In this document: piece by piece, positions 1 through 7,483 of the stretch
Layout of the letters: each line of letters starts with the position of its first letter
How positions within the stretch are numbered: position 1 is the stretch's first letter
NCBI GenBank assembly: GCA_964013405.1
Contig: CAXGWI010000058.1
Location: 1 to 19,839 of the forward strand
From: an uncultured Myxococcales bacterium
GTDB taxonomy: Bacteria > Myxococcota > UBA4151
Reading direction: 5' to 3'
DNA: 19,839 nt
The notes under the pieces: model-generated
Told to the model about the DNA's origin: nothing
The model's input: the letters and a program-made list of their open reading frames with translations, nothing else
Database searches by the model: none
Translations under genes and position numbers: made by a program

Positions 1-2
1 GT

Positions 3-191
3 GTGCACGAAGAGCCCACTTGCGGGTACGGCGAAGCTGACTTTGACCTCTTCGCCGAGCTCATAGTCGCCCTGAACGCTGATGCCCCCGGCGCTGATGT
101 TCACGCTGTGAGAAGCCGAACTCATCTGACCACCATCGAGGTCGACGGTCAGCTGCAGATCATGGCGTTCATGGGCCCGGGGCTCGTTCAT
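3..191 (-). CDS. PilZ-domain protein (c-di-GMP receptor), 3' partial, runs off the window start
   Basis: Not in the ORF track. Manual translation from ATG 191: MNEPRAHERHDLQLTVDLDGGQMSSASHSVNISAGGISVQGDYELGEEVKVSFAVPASGLFVH. Contains both PilZ motifs, RxxxR (RAHER) and [D/N]xSxxG (NISAGG). Confidence 0.85.
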   Translation of the reverse strand, partial: MNEPRAHERHDLQLTVDLDGGQMSSASHSVNISAGGISVQGDYELGEEVKVSFAVPASGLFVH

Positions 192-307
192 GGATGCTCT
201 CGTTCGCAGGGGCCACCTAGCGCGCCTAAAGCTCCGTTGCAACGCCGACCTTCATCGCAGTAGTGATGCTTGCCAGCCCTCCGTCACCGACTGCCGAGGA
301 GTTCTCA

Positions 308-1573
308 ATGCAACGCCCCCTTTTGCCGTTTGTCACCACACTTCTCTTCGCCGCTCCTGCCAGTGCCGGCGGCTATGACACCCCGATGCTCTATACGGCT
401 GAGCACATGGGAGGCGGTGGGGCAGCTGTGGCTTGGGTCGATGACCCCAGTGCGTTGTTTCATAACCCAGCGGGACTTGCCCGAACCGAGCGCTTCTCGG
501 GCCTGCTTGATGTCAGCTATCTCTCCGGTTGGATCAAAGGCTCACCAAACGGGACCCCAGACGCAACAAGCATCAAGTCCGAGCCCACCTCTGCGCCCTT
601 CTTTATGGTGGGTGCAGCGGGGGCGATCTCACCCAAGGTCCGAGTCGGTTTCGCCTTCTACCCCATCGCCTCGGCCGGAGGTAGCTATCGATACAAACTC
701 GTTGGCAACCAAGTCACCGATTCCACCCGTCTGGTCTTCCTCGAAGCGACCCCTGGCCTTGCGCTCCAGTTGCCCGGCCGACTCAACCTCGGCTTGGGTT
801 ATCGCTTCACGCTGATGACCCTCACTCGCCTCACCCAACCGGAGGGCCAACTGCCCACCACCAATTTCGAGTTGGCGGGACAGGAAGCCACGGGCCTGCG
901 GGCTGGGCTACAGTGGACCGCTATTGAGGAACGCAACGGGCCGGTCGGGCTCGACCTAGGCTTGAGCTACAGACACCGGGTGATCGTGCCGGTGACCGCG
1001 GAGAATGGCACTGCGGTGGCCATGAACTTTAAGGACATCGAATCCACCTTTACCCTACCCTCTCGCCTGATCGCAGGGCTGAGCGCCCACAAGTCGGGCT
1101 ATCGTTTCAATCTGGATGTGGAGCACGGCTTCAACAGCCAGAACCAATCCTCCGAGTTGCGAGGCATGCAGGTGCTCAATGGGGAGGACCAGAGCGAGCT
1201 CGGTGTCAAAAACGTCTTTGCGTGGAAGGATGCCCAGACGCTCCGAGTCGGCTTTGAAGCCCTGGAGCGCTTCAAGGGCCATCAAGTCTTGGCCCGGCTC
1301 GGTTATGCCCACGACGGGACCACCAGTTCAAAGGTCTATCCGACCGCCTTTGGGACCCCGCCGGGCCCCACCCAGATCTTCACCTTGGGACTCGGTTTCC
1401 GACCCAAGAACATGAAGATCGACATCGCCTATGCCCACCGGACGGGCGAGGCGACCGTCACGCAAGAGGATGTGACCCAACGGACCGAGGTTTGCTTATT
1501 TTGTAGTCATCCCGGTGACTACGAAATCGCCCTTAACGGATTCTACACCTCCTTCGTTTACCAATTGCCCTGA
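308..1573 (+). CDS. OmpP1/FadL/TodX-family outer-membrane transport protein
   Basis: Signal peptide ending APASA, then the FadL-like N-terminal hatch motif GGAAVAWVDDPSALFHNPAGL and amphipathic beta-strands. Start moved to ATG 308 because GAGGAG lies at 296-301. Confidence 0.85.
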   Translation: MQRPLLPFVTTLLFAAPASAGGYDTPMLYTAEHMGGGGAAVAWVDDPSALFHNPAGLARTERFSGLLDVSYLSGWIKGSPNGTPDATSIKSEPTSAPFFMVGAAGAISPKVRVGFAFYPIASAGGSYRYKLVGNQVTDSTRLVFLEATPGLALQLPGRLNLGLGYRFTLMTLTRLTQPEGQLPTTNFELAGQEATGLRAGLQWTAIEERNGPVGLDLGLSYRHRVIVPVTAENGTAVAMNFKDIESTFTLPSRLIAGLSAHKSGYRFNLDVEHGFNSQNQSSELRGMQVLNGEDQSELGVKNVFAWKDAQTLRVGFEALERFKGHQVLARLGYAHDGTTSSKVYPTAFGTPPGPTQIFTLGLGFRPKNMKIDIAYAHRTGEATVTQEDVTQRTEVCLFCSHPGDYEIALNGFYTSFVYQLP

Positions 1574-1658
1574 TCAGGAGCAGTTCCCCGGAGATCGGCG
1601 CTAGCGCCCGCCCGCATTCGAGCGTATGAAGACGGGCACCAAAACGAGGAAGTCCAAT

Positions 1659-2300
1659 ATGTTCCACCGCCTGTTTCTCATCGCACTTCTCCCGGTCATG
1701 GCCTGCCCAGCCAACGACGCAGATTGCGATGGCCACTCGATCGGTGAGAACTATGCGGCCGCAGATGGTTGCAACACCTGCTCCTGCACGGCCGAGGGTG
1801 GGGTCTGCACCACCATGGACTGCGCCCCGGAGGATGCGGGTCCCCAGGTGCCGCCCGATGCTGGCGCCGCTGTGGATGGCGGTGTGGCTCCAGCCGCAGA
1901 TGCAGGTGCTGCCCCCGGGCTGCCAGAGAATGCCTGCCAGAATGCGGAAGACCTTGCGGCCCACGATCAAACCTTTGGTGATCAAAATAAAACGATCGCG
2001 ACGCTGGCTACCGACTGCGCCATCTCCTGCTTTATGGGGGGCCGGGGGGATGACCCAGCCTGCGTCACCGAGTGTCTTCAGGAAGGCACCGGCAACGCAG
2101 TCTCCGCTGATTGTGCCACCTGCTATGCCGCCTCGGCCGGCTGCGCAGGCACCAACAACTGTGCTGGCGTTTGCCTCGCCAACGCAGAGGCACCGCTCTG
2201 CATCCAGTGTCGCTGCGGCCAAGACGACCCGAGTCACACCAACTGCTATGAACTCTTCGCAGCCTGCTCCGGCTTCCCCCCCTCCAACGACTGTCAGTAG
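1659..2300 (+). CDS. Cys-rich lipoprotein: pacifastin/VWC-like module, DAG linker, Cys-rich C-terminal domain
   Basis: GAGGA RBS before ATG 1659. Lipoprotein signal MFHRLFLIALLPVMA-C. Contains CNTCSCTAEGGVCTTMDC, followed by Pro/Asp/Ala/Gly linker repeats. Confidence 0.8.
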   Translation: MFHRLFLIALLPVMACPANDADCDGHSIGENYAAADGCNTCSCTAEGGVCTTMDCAPEDAGPQVPPDAGAAVDGGVAPAADAGAAPGLPENACQNAEDLAAHDQTFGDQNKTIATLATDCAISCFMGGRGDDPACVTECLQEGTGNAVSADCATCYAASAGCAGTNNCAGVCLANAEAPLCIQCRCGQDDPSHTNCYELFAACSGFPPSNDCQ

Positions 2301-2311
2301 AAAGAACGCCC

Positions 2312-2773
2312 ATGTACTGCCCCCAATGCTACGACGAGTTCCGGGCGGGGTTTTTGACCTGCCCGGACTGTGAAGTGGCCCTGCTCCACGGCACGCCAGG
2401 CAAACGGGTCACCTACACCCCGGCTGAGGCTGAAAATCGACTCAGGGAAGCGCCGGTGGCCATCCTGGGGACTTTGCCGCAAGGGCCGGCATTGCAACTT
2501 CGGGATAACTTACTGAACTCCGGCGTCGACTGTGTGCTGACCCGCGAGGGGGGGGATTGCGGCCCCAGCGGTTGTGCTCCGGCCAGCTTCCACCTCCTCG
2601 TCCGTTCCGATCAAGTGGATGTCCTCAAGCAACAGCTCAATGCCCGGGCCGAAGCCTACGCCCAGGCCCATGGCATGCAATCCCAAGCGGATGCACCCAA
2701 CTGCCCTTGTTGTGGTTACAATCTGACAGCGAACGATGATGAATGCCCCGATTGTGGCATCGCCATCGTCTGA
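2312..2773 (+). CDS. Double zinc-ribbon protein with probable central DUF2007-like domain
   Basis: N-terminal CPQC..CPDC and C-terminal CPCC..CPDC knuckles. The central segment (ALQLRDNLLNSGVDC...FHLLVRSDQVD) resembles DUF2007-type proteins, by recognition only. Confidence 0.7.
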   Translation: MYCPQCYDEFRAGFLTCPDCEVALLHGTPGKRVTYTPAEAENRLREAPVAILGTLPQGPALQLRDNLLNSGVDCVLTREGGDCGPSGCAPASFHLLVRSDQVDVLKQQLNARAEAYAQAHGMQSQADAPNCPCCGYNLTANDDECPDCGIAIV

Positions 2774-2794
2774 GTCAGGGCAACCGACAGCTAT

Positions 2795-2827
2795 AAAAAA
2801 CAAACAAGACGCCGGTCGGCGTCTTGT
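2795..2827 (-). terminator. Rho-independent terminator of tRNA-Val, possibly bidirectional
   Basis: On the minus strand, a perfect 10-bp stem ACAAGACGCC-GACC-GGCGTCTTGT followed by TTGTTTTTT, starting 5 nt after the tRNA CCA. Confidence 0.85.
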
Positions 2828-2832
2828 GTCTC

Positions 2833-2907
<75 letters not shown>

Positions 2908-2918
2908 GCAGGTGGCGG

Positions 2919-2947
2919 CAACTAGGCTTGGTCGCCTAGGCTGTCAA
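2919..2947 (-). promoter_or_regulatory. Probable sigma70 promoter for tRNA-Val
   Basis: Perfect -35 TTGACA (2947-2942), 17-nt spacer, imperfect -10 TAGTTG (2924-2919), then a GC-rich discriminator CCGCCACC as in stable-RNA promoters. Confidence 0.55.
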
Positions 2948-2960
2948 GCAAGGAGTCAAA

Positions 2961-3146
2961 CTATGGAATCGGAAGGCTAAGGACGAAGTCCACCGAATCC
3001 TGATACACATCCCAAGCGTAGACAAAGCGAGGCAGCATAAAGCCTCCCACCGCCCAGCATCCGATCAAAAATACCGAGGTCACGACGGCGTATTCAGCGA
3101 GACTCTGCCCCGACTCGTCGGCCCAAAACGCCCGCCAGCGGTTCAT
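2961..3146 (-). CDS. Small Flp/Tad-type pilin-like protein
   Basis: 61 aa. Prepilin motif ESG|QSLAEY (Glu+5, Tyr+6) followed by a hydrophobic helix. ATGA overlap with the upstream gene. Confidence 0.8.
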   Translation of the reverse strand: MNRWRAFWADESGQSLAEYAVVTSVFLIGCWAVGGFMLPRFVYAWDVYQDSVDFVLSLPIP

Positions 3147-3850
3147 GGTCCCTCCGCTGCCGATGGCATCCGCTGCTCTCGTACCATCACCTGTCCATCT
3201 TCAGTCTTCACATGATCCACCTGAAGGACTTGATGGCCCAGCTGCCACGTCTCGCTGTGCCGACCTTGCTGGCGCTGCTCATGGGCCCCCTCTTGAATCC
3301 GCGTCCAACCGGCCTCTCGAAGGGCCGCAGCCTTGGCTTCGACCGCCTGATTAAATCCCTCTTTAGCCTGCTGCGTGGAGCCGCCGGAAAGACCACCAAG
3401 GGCCGGGCCGACATGCTGTCGCGCGGTGCTCGACTCAGCGGCAAAGTCGGTGCGCCCCACCAGGACCGTCCGGGCTCCACTTCGATCCTCAATCAGGTAG
3501 GTCACTTGATCGCCGGCGCTGAAGTCGATGCTGGAAAGGAAGGCACCGCCATCTTCGAGCGGCACGACCCGCCCGCCCCGGCCCTGGGCGGCCCAATGCT
3601 CCATCACGAGATCGGCCAAGGCCTCGACGGAACGGGGATCCATTCGGTAGCCGCTCGCGACCCACCGCCCCGTCACATCCTGGCTCCAACCCAGTCGAAC
3701 CCAGTCGGAAAAGGGTGCCGTTGGCAGATCTAAGGTCTTGGGCGGTGCTTGAACGGGCGGCGCCGTAGGCTCCGGACCGCTGCCGGCCACTGCGAAGGCA
3801 CCGAGGCCCCCAAGACACAGTGAAACCGCAAAGACACCAAGCCACTTCAT
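3143..3850 (-). CDS. Hypothetical exported or membrane-anchored protein in the Tad pilin cassette
   Basis: Hydrophobic N-terminus MKWLGVFAVSLCLGGLGAFAVAG and a Pro-rich linker. ATGA overlaps at both ends (3847-3850, 3143-3146) indicate translational coupling. Confidence 0.7.
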   Translation of the reverse strand: MKWLGVFAVSLCLGGLGAFAVAGSGPEPTAPPVQAPPKTLDLPTAPFSDWVRLGWSQDVTGRWVASGYRMDPRSVEALADLVMEHWAAQGRGGRVVPLEDGGAFLSSIDFSAGDQVTYLIEDRSGARTVLVGRTDFAAESSTARQHVGPALGGLSGGSTQQAKEGFNQAVEAKAAALREAGWTRIQEGAHEQRQQGRHSETWQLGHQVLQVDHVKTEDGQVMVREQRMPSAAEGP

Positions 3851-4833
3851 CGGAAACACTCCGCCTCAGAGACCAATCGAGGACAACCCATGTAGTGTTC
3901 ACCCCGGGCCTGTAGGGTCCGCCCGTAGACGGAACCGCTGCCATCCTCGTCGTCGGTTCGCATCGGCGCCGTATCGAACCGGCTTTGACCACCGCTGACC
4001 GACTGTTCGATCCGCCCGGACTCAGGTCCTTCCCCCCGGCCGAAGGCAGCCATGCCGTAGTTGAGACTCGCCACCTGGACTTCCATCGGGTTGGTGTCCG
4101 CGCCCACCAACGCGGCCAGCGCAGCGAACAGTTGCCCAAAAGACTGGACGGTATCAGCCATGTCGCCGCCGAAAGCGACCCGCCCAACCTGTTTGGTAAA
4201 GCGGGCATCGCCCTCGCCAGGGCGAACATCTCGCCCGTCATGGAGACGCCAAGAACCAGCCAATAGCCGATAGTTTTCTTCGAAGCGCAGCACGCGCCGC
4301 ATGGGAGCGAAGGGGTTGTCGTTGAAGCGGCGCCCCACCAGGAAATTATGGGGAAAGAAATCGTCGATACCGAGGGCGCTTGTCTGGACCCGGGTCTGCA
4401 TCTCGCCCCGGGAGGGAAAGGCCTGATCGATCAGCGGGTTGTTCGCGGCCGGGCCATCTGCAACCTCGGCCTCAACAGCTTCAATACGCCGCTCGATGGT
4501 AAAATCCCGCGGCATCTCATTGCCGTTTCTGGTGGCATCCAGGTTCGCATACATCCGTCGAACCGCATCCACCGAGCCAGCGGCCGCTTGATCGATCACT
4601 CCATCGTGCTGCCCCTCGTCGTAGTCATGCATGGGGCGATTGATGGCGTCCCATGTGACCATCCGGGCCATCTCTTGCGTGTCCAACTTCAACTGCACCA
4701 GATCGACGAAATACCATGCGAAGAACAGCAAGACGATGATGACGGGGGCCATCACCGCAAACTCGGTCAAAGCCGCGCCTGATTCCTCGTCCCGGAACCG
4801 TTTCAATCCTTGCTGCAGCCGACGATGCATCAT
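3847..4833 (-). CDS. TadE-like minor pilin
   Basis: Prepilin motif ESG|AALTEFAVMAPVIIVLLFF followed by the TadE-type amphipathic helix (TQEMAR). AGGA lies upstream of the ATG. Confidence 0.85.
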   Translation of the reverse strand: MMHRRLQQGLKRFRDEESGAALTEFAVMAPVIIVLLFFAWYFVDLVQLKLDTQEMARMVTWDAINRPMHDYDEGQHDGVIDQAAAGSVDAVRRMYANLDATRNGNEMPRDFTIERRIEAVEAEVADGPAANNPLIDQAFPSRGEMQTRVQTSALGIDDFFPHNFLVGRRFNDNPFAPMRRVLRFEENYRLLAGSWRLHDGRDVRPGEGDARFTKQVGRVAFGGDMADTVQSFGQLFAALAALVGADTNPMEVQVASLNYGMAAFGRGEGPESGRIEQSVSGGQSRFDTAPMRTDDEDGSGSVYGRTLQARGEHYMGCPRLVSEAECFR

Positions 4834-4843
4834 CTCAAGGTTC

Positions 4844-6544
4844 CTAATGGGTCAGCAGGTTTTCGCCGAGTAGCGTGCCGAGGGTACCCCCGAACAAGCC
4901 CCCAAGCGGCGTATTGCCCAAACCGACCATCACGGGAGCGAGTTTGGCACGCCAGAACGGATTGAAGAAATTAGGCATTTCCTTCCAGTTGGAAACCCCC
5001 TCACCGGGACCGCTGCTGCCCGGCGGGCGGTGGTAGTAGGTCTGGGCCCGAGAGATCACGTTCATACCATTGAGCCCCACCAACCCACTCTCTGCACCGA
5101 TCCGACCATCGAACTCGATGCCCTGTCGCTGGGCGGTCGAGAGACGAAACTGAAGGGCTGGACCACTACTCCCGTCCCGATCGATCGCCGCGCTCTCCTT
5201 ATTGAGGAAGATCCATGTCGAGGGTTGCCCAAAATGGAGTTGGGGCGAGGGGTTGGCTGCGAAACGCATAAACGGGGCAATACCAGAGAAGCGACGATTG
5301 GGGTCCTGAACCACCCGGTAATTGTTATCGCGCCGGGCCCCGCGACGGTAAAGCATGCCAAAGCAGATGGTGTTGTAGCTACCGTTCGGGTCCCACTCCT
5401 TGTGGCTACCACCGTTGGGTCCTGCGATCACGAAGGTGCCATTATCCTCCATCGGAATGGGCGCTCCAACGGCCGCTGCAAGCAGGGGTACCGTCTGCCC
5501 ACTAAACTCCTCCTCGCTGGCCAAATACTGCCCGGGGCTTGCGATACTGCGCCCGAAACGATTCTGCGTAATTTCCGGTACGGTATGACGAGCTTGCTCA
5601 CGGATCTCGCCATCTCGAATCAACTTGCTCTGTCCCTTGATCGTAATGCCCGGCACCAAGGCCTGGGCCGCGGCAAAAAGCGAGCCTTCAGCCTTTCGCT
5701 CGGTGACGAACTCACCGTGGCGAGTGGCGTTGGCCAACTCCCCCATCAAACGCCGGCTCTCCTCAGGATTGAGAACATTGGGCGGCAAGGCCCTGGCCGT
5801 GGGCTCGATGGCGGCTTCAAAGGCCAGCGCATTGGCCCGCGACAACAGGGTCTCGACCACCCGAGCAGCATTCGTTTGGCCGATCTTCTCGTCCTGGGCC
5901 TCCACCTGCTCTTTCCAGCCCCGCAAAATATAGCTTCGAGCACCGGCCAACATGGCCTCATTAGCCGCAGGCATTGCTGTCCGGTTTCCTGTTTCAATGG
6001 CTAAGCGCATCGGTGTTACCGCCTGGTCGAACTGTTGCGCCGTTTGGAGCAGGTTCCGGGCGATCTCCCGCAGTTGGGGCACCACTTGCAGCGCAAGTGT
6101 TCGAGCCCGGGCGCACGCAGTCGGGGCACAATGGGTGATGCAACCGATCCCACAGGAACAACACCCACAGCCCCTGGTTCCAAGGAGCCAGCAGCAAGCG
6201 AAGCCATTGACCCAACTGGCCGCCTCCCACATCGCATCGGTGGCCGAGCCGATGAGATAACTCATGCCATAGAGGTAACTCACATAGGCCTGCAGCCCCA
6301 TCATCGCGTTGTAGTGCGTCAACTGGGCCCGATTGGAGAAGGCGAAGAAGTTGTAGGTCCGGGCCTCGGTCGCCGCGACCGAATAGGCCGCCTGGTCAGC
6401 GATGTTTTGGACGTGGATCCGCTGATGGACAGCCCGACCAACCTGCACCGTCGCGAGCACACCGATCGCGATGCCCAGCATCGCGACCGCCGCCAATGCG
6501 ATGGCTTGTCCATCCTCTTCCCGTTGCAGCTCCCGCAAACTCAT
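4844..6544 (-). CDS. Large TadG-like minor (tip) pilin
   Basis: EDG|QAIALAAVAML lacks Glu+5, as is typical for TadG-like proteins. Contains the Tad-domain motif VQNIADQAAYSVA and a C-terminal YYHRP...EMPNFFNPFWRAKL motif. Confidence 0.85.
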   Translation of the reverse strand: MSLRELQREEDGQAIALAAVAMLGIAIGVLATVQVGRAVHQRIHVQNIADQAAYSVAATEARTYNFFAFSNRAQLTHYNAMMGLQAYVSYLYGMSYLIGSATDAMWEAASWVNGFACCWLLGTRGCGCCSCGIGCITHCAPTACARARTLALQVVPQLREIARNLLQTAQQFDQAVTPMRLAIETGNRTAMPAANEAMLAGARSYILRGWKEQVEAQDEKIGQTNAARVVETLLSRANALAFEAAIEPTARALPPNVLNPEESRRLMGELANATRHGEFVTERKAEGSLFAAAQALVPGITIKGQSKLIRDGEIREQARHTVPEITQNRFGRSIASPGQYLASEEEFSGQTVPLLAAAVGAPIPMEDNGTFVIAGPNGGSHKEWDPNGSYNTICFGMLYRRGARRDNNYRVVQDPNRRFSGIAPFMRFAANPSPQLHFGQPSTWIFLNKESAAIDRDGSSGPALQFRLSTAQRQGIEFDGRIGAESGLVGLNGMNVISRAQTYYHRPPGSSGPGEGVSNWKEMPNFFNPFWRAKLAPVMVGLGNTPLGGLFGGTLGTLLGENLLTH

Positions 6545-7416
6545 GGACAGGCCCTCGCCAGATGGTGACGATATAGATTCGACTGCATCTGCATCGCGTA
6601 GGTCGTCTCGAGGGGGATGAAGTGATAGCCTCGATCGGCGAGGAAGCGTAGAATCGCAAACTCAATATTTTCCTGCATGGTCAGGTTGCGAGGAGGCTCG
6701 ACTTGCGGTTCCTCCTCATTATGAATCGGACTCAGTCGGTTTTCGTGCTTGCGGCCAAACACGGAAGCCAACCACGCATCGTGGATCAGGTTGGCGGCAA
6801 AGGGGATGCGCATCCAATAGTTGTAGCGCAGCCGAATCGACAGACGGTTGATGCGCCGGGCATCGGCAGCGGCAACCCCCTGACACCGACCATCAACACA
6901 ATCAAAATCCAGTTCACGTTCGGGCAGGTCACCGGGTGTTGGATTCGTGATCTCGATATTCACGAGCCCTGCTCTCGGCGTAAAATTCGGAATCGGGAGA
7001 CCGAAGCCGTTCAGCCAAGCATGGAGGCTTGCTACGCCGCATTGAGCCAGCCCGGTTAGAGTTAAAAGGACCTTAGCTCGAAGCCAGGTTTGCAGGAGGC
7101 CGGGCCGGCGACGATTGCGAAATGGATCCCGCTTGCCGGCGAGACTATCGGTCGCCCCTAGGCTGGGCAGCACAGCGATTAAGGCCGCATTCAGCATGGG
7201 CTTGCGATCCCCGTTATGGACAATGCCGGTCCTCGTGGCCTGGTAGGCGGCATATTCCGTCAACACTTTCGCCTGCTGAATCTGAAGGAGTTGGATGGTC
7301 CCCACCACGATGAAGGTCATCAGGGGCAGCACAATGGCCGCCTCAACCATCGCCTGCCCTTCTTCCCCCGACCGGAGGTGAGCCAGGCGACGAGCCATGG
7401 GTTTCAAGATCCGCAT
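6541..7416 (-). CDS. TadE-like minor pilin
   Basis: EEG|QAMVEAAIVLPLMTFIVVG..EYAAYQATRTG is a classic TadE N-terminus. Start placed at ATG 7416 (GGGAG upstream); 7398 is also possible. Confidence 0.85.
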   Translation of the reverse strand: MRILKPMARRLAHLRSGEEGQAMVEAAIVLPLMTFIVVGTIQLLQIQQAKVLTEYAAYQATRTGIVHNGDRKPMLNAALIAVLPSLGATDSLAGKRDPFRNRRRPGLLQTWLRAKVLLTLTGLAQCGVASLHAWLNGFGLPIPNFTPRAGLVNIEITNPTPGDLPERELDFDCVDGRCQGVAAADARRINRLSIRLRYNYWMRIPFAANLIHDAWLASVFGRKHENRLSPIHNEEEPQVEPPRNLTMQENIEFAILRFLADRGYHFIPLETTYAMQMQSNLYRHHLARACP

Positions 7417-7483
7417 CCCGCTCCCGGTGATACCGATACGTACACGATTATCGGCGCACCTGCCTATCGGTTGCCCAGAGGTA

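Noticed and set aside
3..263. 86-aa plus-strand ORF at the window start
   Set aside because: The opposite strand encodes a clear PilZ domain.
7429..7460. The chromosomal dif site itself
   Set aside because: It lacks a XerD arm (TTATGTTAAAT-like) and has an 8-bp rather than 6-bp centre. It is kept only as a dif-like dyad under findings.
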